NCBI RefSeq assembly: GCF_001457595.1
Contig: NZ_LN831039.1
Span: forward strand, 6,000,001-6,032,000
Source: Mycolicibacterium smegmatis
Lineage (GTDB): Bacteria; Actinomycetota; Actinomycetes; Mycobacteriales; Mycobacteriaceae
Reading direction: 5' to 3'
DNA length: 32,000 nucleotides
The notes beneath the pieces were generated by a model, which searched no databases, was not told where the DNA came from, and saw nothing but the letters and a program-made list of their open reading frames with translations. Both the position numbers and the translations under genes were made by a program. Within the stretch, counting starts at the first letter, position 1, and every line of letters begins with the position of its first letter. Shown here one piece after another: positions 1 through 8,993 of the stretch.

Positions 1-272
1 CCGGTGACGACGTACTCGTGCCCGGGCAGCACGCGTGTGCCGAAGTACAGCGTGTCGGGGTTGTCGAGGCCCATCTTGGTGAACGGACCGGTTCCCGACT
101 GGAGGAACGGGTGGTCGCGGTCGTAGTCGAACGCGAGGTGCAGGCATCCCGAGACACAGCCCGCGAGGTACTGCAGACCTTCGGTCAGATCGGCCTCGGA
201 TGCGATGAACGGGGCGGCGGCCACGAGGCGTTCGGCCTCGGCGATGGCGTCCACCAACGGCTGTGAGTACAT
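1..272 (-). CDS. hypothetical protein, N-terminal 90 codons only (gene runs off the left edge of the window)
   Basis: The reverse complement starts at ATG (270-272). It reads MYSQPLVDAIAEAERLVAAAPFIASEADLTEGLQYLAGCVSGCLHLAFDYDRDHPFLQSGTGPFTKMGLDNPDTLYFGTRVLPGHEYVVTG with no stop before the edge. Third codon positions are GC-rich like the neighbouring genes. It is absent from the ORF track because it is truncated. The family is not recognised with certainty (the GLDNPD..Y block is reminiscent of DUF1214-type proteins). Confidence 0.6.
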   Translation of the reverse strand, partial: MYSQPLVDAIAEAERLVAAAPFIASEADLTEGLQYLAGCVSGCLHLAFDYDRDHPFLQSGTGPFTKMGLDNPDTLYFGTRVLPGHEYVVT

Positions 273-288
273 CGGCGTCCGTTCTCTC

Positions 289-304
289 GGTTCAATATTG
301 AACC
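289..304. promoter_or_regulatory. perfect 16-bp palindrome GGTTCAATATTGAACC in a divergent promoter region (candidate operator)
   Basis: The sequence is its own reverse complement. It lies 17 bp from the start of the leftward gene (272) and 68 bp upstream of the IclR start (372). It is AT-rich in a GC-rich genome. Confidence 0.4.
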
Positions 305-331
305 ATCATGGTAGAGTTTCCGACCTGACAC

Positions 332-345
332 TAGAACGCGTTCTA
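332..345. promoter_or_regulatory. KstR-type operator (TAGAACGCGTTCTA)
   Basis: Fits the published KstR consensus TnnAACnnGTTnnA at every constrained position and is itself palindromic. It lies 27 bp upstream of the IclR ATG, in the divergent intergenic region. Confidence 0.6.
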
Positions 346-371
346 ATTCGCGTCAACATTCGGGAGGACTC

Positions 372-1283
372 ATGACCGAGGCTGCGGAGTCGGCCGGCCG
401 TGCGTCGCCGCCAACTGCGCGTGTCGTGGCGATCCTGGATTTCCTGGCCCGTCACCCGCATGACCGGTTCGGTTTGTCGGAACTGTCACGGCGGGTCGGG
501 GTGAGCAAGCCGACCTGCCTGGGCATCCTCACCACTTTGACCGAATCGAGTTATCTGGTGCGCGAGGGCGACGGGCGGGACAAGTGCTACCGCCTGGGGC
601 CCGCGTTGATCGCGCTGGGCCACATGGCGCAGGAATCGATGCGCGTGAACCCGTCCGCTCGCGCCGAACTGCGCGCCCTGTCAGGGGCTTTCGACAGCAC
701 CGCGGCCATCTCGGCGGTGATCGACGACCGCATCACGGTGCTGGAACTCGTGGCCCCGCCCGGCACCGACGTCGGGGTGCGCGTCGGGCAGAGTTATCCG
801 TTCGCCCCTCCGGTTGGCCTCATGTACGTGCTGTGGGACGACGACGCCCTGCGGGCGTGGCTGGACAAGTCCCCCACGGTGCCGCTGCGCACCGATTCCG
901 AGCGGTTGGAGAAGGTCATCGGCGAGTGCCGCAACTCGGGCTACCTGGTGGAACGGCTCACCCCAGCCGGTCAGCGGCTGTACGGGCTGATGGCGGGCAT
1001 GTCCAGCCGGTTGCCCGACGAGTTGCAGGCACTGCTACGGGAACTCGTGTCCGACATCGGTGAGCGTGTGCATCTGCGCAGCGAGGCCACCGGTCGGCAG
1101 CGCCACGACGTCAGCGTCATCTCTGCGCCGGTCCACGACCACCACCAGCGGCAGGTCATGGTGGTGTCACTGCACGTGGGCCGCGCGCTCACCGATTCGG
1201 AGATCACCAAACGGGCCCGCGGCGTGGTCGAGGCCGCCGACGCGGTCACCGCGCAGTTGGGCGGCGTGAAACCCACGCGTTGA
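372..1283 (+). CDS. IclR-family transcriptional regulator
   Basis: ATG 372 is preceded by GGGAGG (362-367). The N-terminal winged HTH is typical of IclR (ARVVAILDFLARHP...FGLSELSRRVGVSKPTCLGILTTL). The rest looks like an IclR-type effector domain. 303 aa. Confidence 0.9.
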   Translation: MTEAAESAGRASPPTARVVAILDFLARHPHDRFGLSELSRRVGVSKPTCLGILTTLTESSYLVREGDGRDKCYRLGPALIALGHMAQESMRVNPSARAELRALSGAFDSTAAISAVIDDRITVLELVAPPGTDVGVRVGQSYPFAPPVGLMYVLWDDDALRAWLDKSPTVPLRTDSERLEKVIGECRNSGYLVERLTPAGQRLYGLMAGMSSRLPDELQALLRELVSDIGERVHLRSEATGRQRHDVSVISAPVHDHHQRQVMVVSLHVGRALTDSEITKRARGVVEAADAVTAQLGGVKPTR

Positions 1284-1295
1284 CAACGACGTTCG

Positions 1296-1643
1296 TCAGA
1301 AGTTGCTACAGGTGTCGAACACCGTCTGCAGCAACCCGATGTAGGGCTGGTTGGGCGGGTATTCCACGATCGCCTTGGCCATGCGTTGACGCAGATCCCG
1401 TGGTGCGTCGATGAATTGGCGAAGCGTGGTCTGCATGTCCGGCGACGAGTTCAGCACCCCGCCGTACACCGGGCTCTGAGCGTTCAGCGCCGAGACGAAC
1501 TGTGGGTACGTACAGGTGGTGTTGACCGCCGAGTCGAGGTTGGGCTCGGCGTTAGCGACGCCGGTGCCTGCGGTCAGTCCGACAACCGTGGCGGCCACCA
1601 GCCCACCCGCGGCGACCGCCGCCTTCATCGGTGTTGATTTCAT
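1296..1643 (-). CDS. secreted hemophore-related protein, TB8.4 (Rv1174c)-like
   Basis: The internal ATG at 1643 (MKSTPMKAAV...) is preceded by GGAGG. The signal peptide ends ANA|EP. The mature part (AVNTTCTYPQFVSALNA...YIGLLQTVFDTCSNF) closely parallels M. tuberculosis TB8.4 (VINTTCNYGQVVAALNA...YIGLVESVAGSCNNY), including the two Cys. The longer ORF start at 1751 only adds an Arg/Ser-rich extension. Confidence 0.85.
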   Translation of the reverse strand: MKSTPMKAAVAAGGLVAATVVGLTAGTGVANAEPNLDSAVNTTCTYPQFVSALNAQSPVYGGVLNSSPDMQTTLRQFIDAPRDLRQRMAKAIVEYPPNQPYIGLLQTVFDTCSNF

Positions 1644-1772
1644 GTCTGCACCTCCGATTGCCCGGACTTTACCCGCCCGGTCCGAGCCGTCCCGGCGATT
1701 CGAAGACGCTCGACGGCGACTTGGTTGCGAACGAAAAGACAAGGTGCGCAAGGGCCGGTGTGCGGGAGTTGC

Positions 1773-3848
1773 TCAGGTGGTGCTCGCCAGGACGAACGGC
1801 AGGACTGCCGGCACGCCCGCGTCCCGCAACACCCGTGCGGCCATCGTCAACGTCCAGCCCGAGTCCGTCATGTCGTCGACCAGCAGTACCGGCCCGTCGC
1901 AGTCGATCTGGGGACGTTCCCACGATCCTTCGAGTGCCGCGACGCGGTACGCGGAGTTCGCGGCCGTGACGGGACGTCGGGTCGGGGTGTAGCGCAGGAT
2001 GCCCAGGTCGGTGAGCCGGCCGATCTGGGCCAGGCGTTGCACGGTCGAGGCGATGAGCCGTGGATGGGTGTCCGAGTCGAGGCCCATGACCGCGACGGGG
2101 CGGCGCTCCCAGTCCCACGCCTTGAGCACCGCGATCGCGGCCTGGACCACCTCGTCGGGCACGTCCTGGTCGGGTTCGGAGAGCAATCGCCGCAGCCGCG
2201 CACCCCAGCCCAGGTCGGTGAGCCTGCCTATGGCGCGACCGGGTGCCGCACCATCGGCGATCCGGCCTGACAACTGCAGGCCCAGTGATGCCAGGCCCGA
2301 CGGCCACTGTTTGCGTGGCGCCACCGCCACCCCGGGGCGGCGCAACCGTTCGGCGGTCGCGGCGAGCGTCGCGTCGTCCACCGCGGTCGGGCGGCGGGAT
2401 CCCGTGCAGTTGTCGCAGCGGCCGCAGCGCTCCCCCGGCTGCAGTTCGGGGTCGTCGAGCTGTGCACGCAGGAACGCCATGCGACAGCCGTCGGTGGCCT
2501 GGTAGTCGAGCATCGCCTGCTGCTCGCGGCGACGGGCCTCGTCGAGCGCGCGGTACCGCTGCTCGTCGTAGCTCCACGGTTCTCCGGTGGCGATCCACCC
2601 GCCTTTCACGCGGCGCACCGCGCCGTCGACGTCGAGCACCTTGAGCACCATCTCCAGCCGCGACCGGTTGAGGTCCACCTGGGTTTCCAAGGCAGGCGTG
2701 GATTGTGGCCGCTCGGTGTCCAGCGCGGCAAGCACGTTGCGCACCAAGGGTTCCGACGGGAACGCGACCGAGGCGAAGTAGCGCCACACCTCCTGGTCCT
2801 CGGTGCCCGGCAGCAGGATCACCTCGGCACTCTCGGTCGCACGGCCCGCGCGACCCACCTGCTGGTAGTAGGCGATCGGCGACGACGGCGCACCGAGGTG
2901 TACGACGAAACCCAGGTCCGGCTTGTCGAAACCCATCCCCAGCGCCGAGGTCGCGACCAGCGCCTTGACCCGGTTGTCGAGCAGGTCCGCCTCGAGTTGT
3001 TCGCGTTCCGCAGTGTCGGTGGACCCGGCGTAGGCCGCCACCTTGTGGCCCTGCTCGGCCAGCAGAGCCGCGACATCGTGCGCCTGCGACACGGTCAGGG
3101 TGTAGATGATGCCCGAGCCCGGCAGCGAATCGATCTGTGCGGCAATCCATGCCGCGCGCTGCGCGGGAGTTCCGGCCTGCACCACCGACAACCGCAGGGA
3201 CTGCCGATCGAGCCCGCCGCGCAGCACCAGGGTGTCGCGCCCACCGACTCCCAGTTGCGCCGCCACATCGTTGACCACGCGGTCGTTGGCGGTCGCAGTC
3301 GTCGCGAGAACCGGTATGTCCGAACCCAATTCGGCGATCAGCGTGCGGATGCGCCGGTAGTCGGGCCGGAAGTCGTGCCCCCAGTCCGATACGCAGTGCG
3401 CCTCGTCCACCACCACCAGACCCGCGTCGGACGCGAGCGCGGGCAGCACGTTGTCACGGAAGTCGGGGTTGTTGAGGCGTTCGGGGCTCACGAGCAGCAC
3501 GTCGAGGTCACCCGCGCCGACCTGCTGGTGGATGGTGTCCCATTCGGTGACGTTGCCCGAGTTGATGGTCGCGGCCCGCACACCGGCACGCTCGGCCGCG
3601 TCGACCTGGTTGCGCATGAGCGCCAACAGCGGCGACACGATCACCGTGGGGCCCAAGCCGGCATTGCGCAGAAGTTTCGCGGCGATGAAATACACCGCGG
3701 ACTTGCCCCATCCGGTGCGCTGCACCACGAGCGCCTGGCGGCGCTGGACCACCAGCGCCTCGATCGCGGTCCACTGATCGTCGCGCAACGTCGCCGTGGG
3801 ACCGGCGAGTTGTTCGAGAATCGACTGCGCGTGCTCACGGGTGACCAT
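1773..3848 (-). CDS. rqlH: RecQ-like ATP-dependent DNA helicase RqlH (helicase core + Zn tetracysteine module + C-terminal phosphoribosyltransferase/ComF-like domain)
   Basis: Helicase motifs are present: TGWGKS (I), [20 protein letters not shown] (II, DEAH) and LATTATA (III). The Zn module is C-x20-C-x2-C-x2-C (CRMAF...ERCGRCDNC). The C-terminus carries a PRTase-type signature, [18 protein letters not shown] 3848 has an AGGA Shine-Dalgarno 7 nt upstream and gives 691 aa. The alternative GTG at 3869 would add 7 aa. Confidence 0.9.
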   Translation of the reverse strand: MVTREHAQSILEQLAGPTATLRDDQWTAIEALVVQRRQALVVQRTGWGKSAVYFIAAKLLRNAGLGPTVIVSPLLALMRNQVDAAERAGVRAATINSGNVTEWDTIHQQVGAGDLDVLLVSPERLNNPDFRDNVLPALASDAGLVVVDEAHCVSDWGHDFRPDYRRIRTLIAELGSDIPVLATTATANDRVVNDVAAQLGVGGRDTLVLRGGLDRQSLRLSVVQAGTPAQRAAWIAAQIDSLPGSGIIYTLTVSQAHDVAALLAEQGHKVAAYAGSTDTAEREQLEADLLDNRVKALVATSALGMGFDKPDLGFVVHLGAPSSPIAYYQQVGRAGRATESAEVILLPGTEDQEVWRYFASVAFPSEPLVRNVLAALDTERPQSTPALETQVDLNRSRLEMVLKVLDVDGAVRRVKGGWIATGEPWSYDEQRYRALDEARRREQQAMLDYQATDGCRMAFLRAQLDDPELQPGERCGRCDNCTGSRRPTAVDDATLAATAERLRRPGVAVAPRKQWPSGLASLGLQLSGRIADGAAPGRAIGRLTDLGWGARLRRLLSEPDQDVPDEVVQAAIAVLKAWDWERRPVAVMGLDSDTHPRLIASTVQRLAQIGRLTDLGILRYTPTRRPVTAANSAYRVAALEGSWERPQIDCDGPVLLVDDMTDSGWTLTMAARVLRDAGVPAVLPFVLASTT

Positions 3849-3911
3849 GGGACCATCCTGCCGGGTCACTCCGACACGGAATCACAGCAGGATCCGGGCC
3901 CGCGCATGTAA

Positions 3912-3945
3912 CCAGGTGGCGGCTCGGGGGAAAGCCGCCACCTGG
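3912..3945 (-). terminator. stem-loop downstream of the Rv0203-like gene (12-bp perfect GC-rich stem, 10-nt loop)
   Basis: CCAGGTGGCGGC (3912-3923) pairs perfectly with GCCGCCACCTGG (3934-3945). The hairpin begins 9 nt after the stop codon at 3955-3957 on the minus strand. There is no long U-tract, as is common for mycobacterial terminators. Confidence 0.55.
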
Positions 3946-3954
3946 CTACCTCAA

Positions 3955-4338
3955 TCAGAGCTCTTCGAGCGCGTCGGACACCGGCGTCGGCGTCACGTCG
4001 ATGCCGCACTGTGTGTGGAGATCGACGACGGGCTGGTTGATCTTCTGCAGATCCTGCGTCACCTGCGGATTGCCCGCGAAGAACGTCCGGTACAGGTCGT
4101 CGGCGCGATCGTCGGGCTGCCTGGCGATGTCGGTCAGCGCCCGGTCGGCCTCGGGATGCGCGGTCAGGTACGTGCTGGTGGACGCCGCCACCGAGCTGAC
4201 GGTGCTCGCGATCCCACTCTCGCTGCACTGATCGGGCTCGGCGTTCGCCATCGGGATCGTGAACCCGGCGGAGAGGACGCCGCCCGCGCACATGCCGTAC
4301 AAGCAGCGACGGACAGTGCGTGCGGACATCTTCTTCAT
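3955..4338 (-). CDS. secreted hemophore-related protein, Rv0203-like
   Basis: The signal peptide ends ANA|EP. The mature sequence DQCSESGIASTVSSVAASTSTYLTAHPEADRALT...NPQVTQDLQKINQPVVDLHTQC parallels M. tuberculosis Rv0203 (DPCAASEVARTVGSVAKSMGDYLDSHPETNQVMT...NPKVASDLHALSQPLTDLSTRC). Confidence 0.85.
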   Translation of the reverse strand: MKKMSARTVRRCLYGMCAGGVLSAGFTIPMANAEPDQCSESGIASTVSSVAASTSTYLTAHPEADRALTDIARQPDDRADDLYRTFFAGNPQVTQDLQKINQPVVDLHTQCGIDVTPTPVSDALEEL

Positions 4339-4424
4339 CGATCACTCCTTCGGTCGGCGATCTTTTCGATCGCGACCAAAGGGTTAACCGACGCCTGCGA
4401 GGCTAAACAACCCGTACCCGCAAG

Positions 4425-5474
4425 CTACTTGGACGCGGCGGCTTCCTGCTCACGCTTGATCTCCAGCGCGATGTCGATGAGCTGGTCTTCCTGACCGCCT
4501 ATGAGCTTGCGCTGACCCGCGCGGTGCAGCAGCTGATGTGCCGGCACGCCGTACCGCTCGGACTGCCGGATCGCATGCTTGAGGAAGCTGGAGTACACGC
4601 CCGAGTAGCCCATGATCAGCGCGTTGCGGTCCAGCAGGCACTCGGCGGGCATGGCCGGGGCCACCACCTCTTCGGCCGCGTCGGCGATGTCGAAGAAGTC
4701 GATGCCGGTCTTGACGCCGATCTTGTCGAACACGCCGATGAGCGCCTCGACGGGTGCGTTGCCCGCACCCGCACCGAACCGCCTGCAGGAGCCGTCGATC
4801 TGCTTGGCGCCCGCGCGCACGGCCTCGACCGAGTTCGCGACGCCCAGGCCGAGGTTCTCGTGACCGTGGAAACCGACCTGGGCGTCCGAGCCCAGTTCGG
4901 CGACCAGCGCCTGCACGCGGTCGCGAACGCCTTCGAGCACCAGCGCACCGGCCGAGTCGACGACGTAGACGCACTGGCAGCCGGCGTCGGCCATGATGCG
5001 GGCCTGCTGGGCGAGCTTCTCCGGCGAGATGGTGTGGGCCATCATCAAAAAGCCCACGGTCTCCAGGCCCAGTTCACGTGCCAGGCCGAAGTGCTGGATC
5101 GACACGTCGGCCTCGGTGCAGTGGGTCGCGATGCGGCAGATCGAACCGCCGTTGTTCTGCGCCTCCTTGATGTCCTCCTTGGTGCCCACACCGGGCAGCA
5201 TGAGGAAGGCGATCTTGGATTCCTTGGCCGTCTCGGCCGCGATCTTGATGAGTTCCTGTTCGGGCGTCTTGGAGAAGCCGTAGTTGAAGCTCGACCCGCC
5301 AAGGCCGTCGCCGTGGGTCACCTCGATGACCGGCACACCGGCGGCGTCGAGCGCCGCGACGATGGACCGCACCTCTTCACCGGTGAACTGATGCCGCTTG
5401 TGGTGCGACCCGTCGCGCAGCGACGTGTCGGTCATGCGGACGTCCCAGATGGGGTTGAAGAAGATGTCGCTCAT
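4425..5474 (-). CDS. hsaF: 4-hydroxy-2-oxovalerate aldolase
   Basis: 349 aa with long blocks matching M. tuberculosis HsaF/Rv3534c ([78 protein letters not shown]). Its ATG overlaps the hsaG stop (ATGA). Confidence 0.95.
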   Translation of the reverse strand: MSDIFFNPIWDVRMTDTSLRDGSHHKRHQFTGEEVRSIVAALDAAGVPVIEVTHGDGLGGSSFNYGFSKTPEQELIKIAAETAKESKIAFLMLPGVGTKEDIKEAQNNGGSICRIATHCTEADVSIQHFGLARELGLETVGFLMMAHTISPEKLAQQARIMADAGCQCVYVVDSAGALVLEGVRDRVQALVAELGSDAQVGFHGHENLGLGVANSVEAVRAGAKQIDGSCRRFGAGAGNAPVEALIGVFDKIGVKTGIDFFDIADAAEEVVAPAMPAECLLDRNALIMGYSGVYSSFLKHAIRQSERYGVPAHQLLHRAGQRKLIGGQEDQLIDIALEIKREQEAAASK

Positions 5475-6394
5475 GCCTGTGCTCCTGACGCGAGGCTTGC
5501 TTCGGCCGATTTCTTGGCGATTTCCTCGCCGACTTTCGTCGCCGCGGCGGTCATGATGTCCAGATTTCCAGCGTAGGGCGGCAGGTAGTCACCCGCACCC
5601 TCCACTTCCACGAACGTGGTGACCAGATGGTTGCCGCCGTTGACCACCGAAGGCTCGTCGAACTGCGGTTCGTTGAGCAGGCGGTAGCCCGGGACGTACG
5701 TCTGCACCTCGGCGACGACGTCCTTGATGGACTGCGTGATGGCGTCGTGGTCGGCGCCTTCGGGGATGGCGCAGAAGATGGTGTCGCGCATGATCATCGG
5801 CGGTTCGGCCGGGTTGAGGACGATGATCGCCTTGCCCCGCTGCGCACCGCCGATGTTCTGCACGCCGGCGCTCGTGGTCTTGGTGAACTCGTCGATGTTG
5901 GCGCGCGTGCCCGGGCCTGCCGACGCCGACGACACCGACGCGACGATCTCGGCGTAGGGCACGTCGACCACGCGGCTTACGGCATGCACGATCGGGATGG
6001 TCGCCTGACCGCCGCACGTGACCATGTTGACGTTCGGGGCGTCGAGGTGGTCGCGCAGGTTGGCCGGCGGGATGACACCAGGACCCACCGCGGCAGGCGT
6101 GAGGTCGATGGCACGAATGCCCGCTTCCTCGTAGCGCGGTGCGGCGTCACGGTGCACGTAGGCACTGGTGGCCTCGAAGACCAGATCAGGCTTTTCGCTC
6201 TGTGCCAGCAGCCAGTCCACTCCCTCGGCGGATGTCTCCAGGCCGAGTTTGCGTGCCCGCGCCAAACCTTCGGATTCCGGATCGATGCCGATCATCCAGC
6301 GTGGCTCAAGCCATTCCGAGCGGAGCAGCTTGTAGAGCAGATCGGTGCTGATGTTGCCGGATCCGACGATCGCGACGGAGGACTTTTTCGGCAT
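5471..6394 (-). CDS. hsaG: acetaldehyde dehydrogenase (acylating)
   Basis: [47 protein letters not shown] matches the HsaG/Rv3535c N-terminus. ATG 6394 is preceded by GGGAGA. The longer ORF start at 6436 would overlap the hsaE stop, so it was not used. Confidence 0.95.
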   Translation of the reverse strand: MPKKSSVAIVGSGNISTDLLYKLLRSEWLEPRWMIGIDPESEGLARARKLGLETSAEGVDWLLAQSEKPDLVFEATSAYVHRDAAPRYEEAGIRAIDLTPAAVGPGVIPPANLRDHLDAPNVNMVTCGGQATIPIVHAVSRVVDVPYAEIVASVSSASAGPGTRANIDEFTKTTSAGVQNIGGAQRGKAIIVLNPAEPPMIMRDTIFCAIPEGADHDAITQSIKDVVAEVQTYVPGYRLLNEPQFDEPSVVNGGNHLVTTFVEVEGAGDYLPPYAGNLDIMTAAATKVGEEIAKKSAEASLASGAQA

Positions 6395-6432
6395 TGTTTC
6401 TCCCAGCTGTTCGAAAGTCTTGGTCGAGGACA

Positions 6433-7218
6433 TCACTCGAAACGCAGGTGTACTGAACCTAACCCGGCGAAGTCGGCGACGAAATCACTACCGGCGGGTG
6501 CATCTATCGCACGTGTGCACGAGCCGGGGAGCACGATGTCGCCGGCCTTGAGCCGCACACCGAAACTCTCGACCTTGCGTGCCAGCCACGCGACCGCGGT
6601 CACCGGGTTGCCCAGCACCGCATCGCTGCGGCCCTCGGCGACCACCTCGCCGTTGTTCTTGAGGACGGCGTCGATGTTGCGAATGTCGATGTCCTTGGGC
6701 GACACCCGGGCCTCGCCCAGCACCCAGCCCGCCGACGACGCGTTGTCGGCGATGGTGTCGCACAGCTTGATCTGCCAGTTGGTGATACGCGTGTCGATGA
6801 GCTCGATGGCCGGCGCGAACGCCGCGGTCGCGGCGAGCACATCCTCTTCTGTGCAGCCCGCGCCCGGCAGATCGTCGGCGAGGATGAACCCGACCTCGAC
6901 CTCGACCCGCGGGTAGAGGTAGTTGGCGCTCTTGACGGGCTGATCCTCGTACACCTGCATGTCGTCGAGGAGGTGGCCGTAGTCCGGCTCGTCGACGCCC
7001 ATCATCTCCTGCATCGCCTTGCTGGACAGGCCCACCTTGTGGCCCACCACCTTGGCGCCTTCCGCGATGCGCTGACGGATGTTGATCAGCTGGATCTCGT
7101 AGGCGTCGACGACGTCGATGTCGGGATTTCCGTCGGTCAACGGAGTGATCGGTTGCCGGCTGCGCTCGGCTTGGGCCAGGTCGGCGGCAAGTCGCGCGCG
7201 CACCTCGTCACTGAGCAT
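6433..7218 (-). CDS. hsaE: 2-hydroxypentadienoate (2-keto-4-pentenoate) hydratase
   Basis: 261 aa MhpD/HsaE-type hydratase. It is first in an hsaE-hsaG-hsaF order identical to Rv3536c-Rv3534c and divergent from kstD. Confidence 0.9.
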   Translation of the reverse strand: MLSDEVRARLAADLAQAERSRQPITPLTDGNPDIDVVDAYEIQLINIRQRIAEGAKVVGHKVGLSSKAMQEMMGVDEPDYGHLLDDMQVYEDQPVKSANYLYPRVEVEVGFILADDLPGAGCTEEDVLAATAAFAPAIELIDTRITNWQIKLCDTIADNASSAGWVLGEARVSPKDIDIRNIDAVLKNNGEVVAEGRSDAVLGNPVTAVAWLARKVESFGVRLKAGDIVLPGSCTRAIDAPAGSDFVADFAGLGSVHLRFE

Positions 7219-7276
7219 TGTGGTGAAGTCCCCTCACTTCTTTGACCGGGGCGGTTGTTCGATCACCGGCCAATTC

Positions 7277-7290
7277 TATAACGTGTTCTA
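7277..7290. promoter_or_regulatory. KstR operator (TATAACGTGTTCTA) in the hsaE / kstD divergent region
   Basis: Fits TnnAACnnGTTnnA at all constrained positions. It ends 1 nt before the kstD ATG. kstD and hsaEGF are established KstR-regulon members in mycobacteria. Confidence 0.7.
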
Positions 7291-7291
7291 C

Positions 7292-8992
7292 ATGACTGGA
7301 CAGGAGTACGACGTTGTGGTGGTCGGGAGCGGTGCTGCCGGCATGGTCGCCGCCCTCACCGCAGCCCACCAGGGCCTCTCGACAGTAGTCGTAGAAAAGG
7401 CTCCGCACTACGGTGGTTCCACTGCGCGGTCAGGTGGTGGTGTGTGGATCCCGAACAACGAGATCCTCAAGCGCGACGGCGTCAAGGACACTCCTGACGA
7501 GGCGCGGAAATACCTGCACGCGATCATCGGTGACGTCGTCCCGGCCGAGAAGATCGACACGTATCTGGACCGCGGGCCGGAAATGCTGTCGTTCGTCCTC
7601 AAGCACTCGCCGCTGAAGCTGTGCTGGGTGCCCGGATACTCCGACTACTACCCCGAGACCCCGGGTGGCAAGCCCACGGGGCGGTCGGTCGAGCCGAAGC
7701 CGTTCGACGCCAACAAGCTGGGCCCCGACCTCAAAGGTCTCGAACCGCCGTACGGCAAGGTCCCCATGAACATGGTGGTCATGCAGCAGGACTACGTGCG
7801 GCTCAACCAGCTCAAACGTCATCCGCGCGGCGTACTGCGCAGCCTCAAGGTCGGCATCCGCGCGACGTGGGGCAAGGTCAGCGGCAAGAACCTCGTCGGT
7901 ATGGGCCGCGCGCTCATCGCGCCGCTGCGTATCGGCCTGCGCGAGGCCGGGGTTCCGGTGCTGCTGAACACCGCGCTGACCGATCTGTACGTCGAGGACG
8001 GCCGCGTGCTGGGCATCTACGTCCGCGACACGACGGCCGGCGACGACGCCGAGCCCCGGCTGATCCGCGCACGCCACGGCGTGATCCTCGGATCCGGCGG
8101 GTTCGAGCACAACGAGCAGATGCGCGTGAAGTACCAGCGCGCGCCCATCACCACGGAGTGGACCGTCGGCGCGGTCGCCAACACCGGCGACGGTATCGTC
8201 GCCGCCGAAAAGCTCGGGGCGGCACTCGAACTCATGGAAGACGCGTGGTGGGGCCCCACGGTTCCGCTGGTCGGCGCCCCGTGGTTCGCCTTGAGCGAGC
8301 GCAACTCCCCCGGATCGATCATCGTCAACATGTCCGGCAAGCGCTTCATGAACGAATCCATGCCCTACGTCGAGGCATGCCACCACATGTACGGCGGCCA
8401 GTACGGCCAGGGCCCCGGTCCCGGCGAGAACATCCCGGCGTGGCTCATCTTCGACCAGCAATACCGCGACCGCTACATCTTCGCCGGTTTGCAACCAGGG
8501 CAGCGGATCCCGTCGAAGTGGCTGGAATCCGGTGTGATCGTCAAGGCCGACACGCTGGTCGAACTGGCCGAGAAGACCGGCCTGCCCGCCGATCAGTTCA
8601 CCTCGACCATCGAGCGCTTCAACGGGTTCGCACGCTCGGGTGTCGACGAGGACTTCCACCGCGGCGAGAGTGCCTACGACCGTTACTACGGCGATCCCAC
8701 CAACAAACCCAACCCGAACCTGGGCGAGATCAAGCACGGCCCCTTCTACGCCGCCAAGATGGTGCCCGGTGACCTCGGCACCAAGGGCGGCATCCGCACC
8801 GACGTGCGCGGACGCGCTCTGCGCGACGACGATTCGGTGATCGAGGGTCTGTATGCTGCCGGCAATGTCAGCTCACCGGTGATGGGCCACACCTATCCGG
8901 GACCCGGCGGCACCATCGGTCCCGCCATGACATTCGGTTACCTGGCCGCACTCGACATCGCCGCTACCGCGGCGGCCTCCCGGAAGGGCTGA
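7292..8992 (+). CDS. kstD: 3-ketosteroid-delta1-dehydrogenase
   Basis: From ATG 7292 the protein reads MTGQEYDVVVVGSGAAGMVAALTAAHQGLSTVVVEKAPHYGGSTARSGGGVWIPNNEILKR. This is almost colinear with M. tuberculosis KstD (Rv3537), with an FAD GxGxxG fold at the N-terminus. The ORF-track start at 7118 would overlap hsaE and the operator. Confidence 0.95.
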   Translation: MTGQEYDVVVVGSGAAGMVAALTAAHQGLSTVVVEKAPHYGGSTARSGGGVWIPNNEILKRDGVKDTPDEARKYLHAIIGDVVPAEKIDTYLDRGPEMLSFVLKHSPLKLCWVPGYSDYYPETPGGKPTGRSVEPKPFDANKLGPDLKGLEPPYGKVPMNMVVMQQDYVRLNQLKRHPRGVLRSLKVGIRATWGKVSGKNLVGMGRALIAPLRIGLREAGVPVLLNTALTDLYVEDGRVLGIYVRDTTAGDDAEPRLIRARHGVILGSGGFEHNEQMRVKYQRAPITTEWTVGAVANTGDGIVAAEKLGAALELMEDAWWGPTVPLVGAPWFALSERNSPGSIIVNMSGKRFMNESMPYVEACHHMYGGQYGQGPGPGENIPAWLIFDQQYRDRYIFAGLQPGQRIPSKWLESGVIVKADTLVELAEKTGLPADQFTSTIERFNGFARSGVDEDFHRGESAYDRYYGDPTNKPNPNLGEIKHGPFYAAKMVPGDLGTKGGIRTDVRGRALRDDDSVIEGLYAAGNVSSPVMGHTYPGPGGTIGPAMTFGYLAALDIAATAAASRKG

Positions 8993-8993
8993 T

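Noticed and set aside
1669-3911. Long ORFs in other frames over the helicase gene (1669..3150 -, 493 aa; 2703..3911 +, 402 aa; and several of 80-180 aa).
   Set aside because: They are Arg/Pro/Gly-rich and low in complexity, with no recognisable motifs. They overlap rqlH completely, and rqlH has unambiguous helicase motifs. This is a typical high-GC artefact.
4524-6916. Plus-strand ORFs of 350 and 429 aa antisense to hsaF, hsaG and hsaE.
   Set aside because: They lie antisense to three genes with near-identical matches to the known Hsa enzymes. Their composition (Arg, Gly, Asp, His runs) is not protein-like and they have no RBS.
7118-7291. The N-terminal 58-codon extension of the kstD ORF given in the ORF track.
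   Set aside because: The extension would overlap the hsaE start and cover the KstR operator. Homology to KstD begins exactly at MTGQEYDVVVVGSG (ATG 7292).
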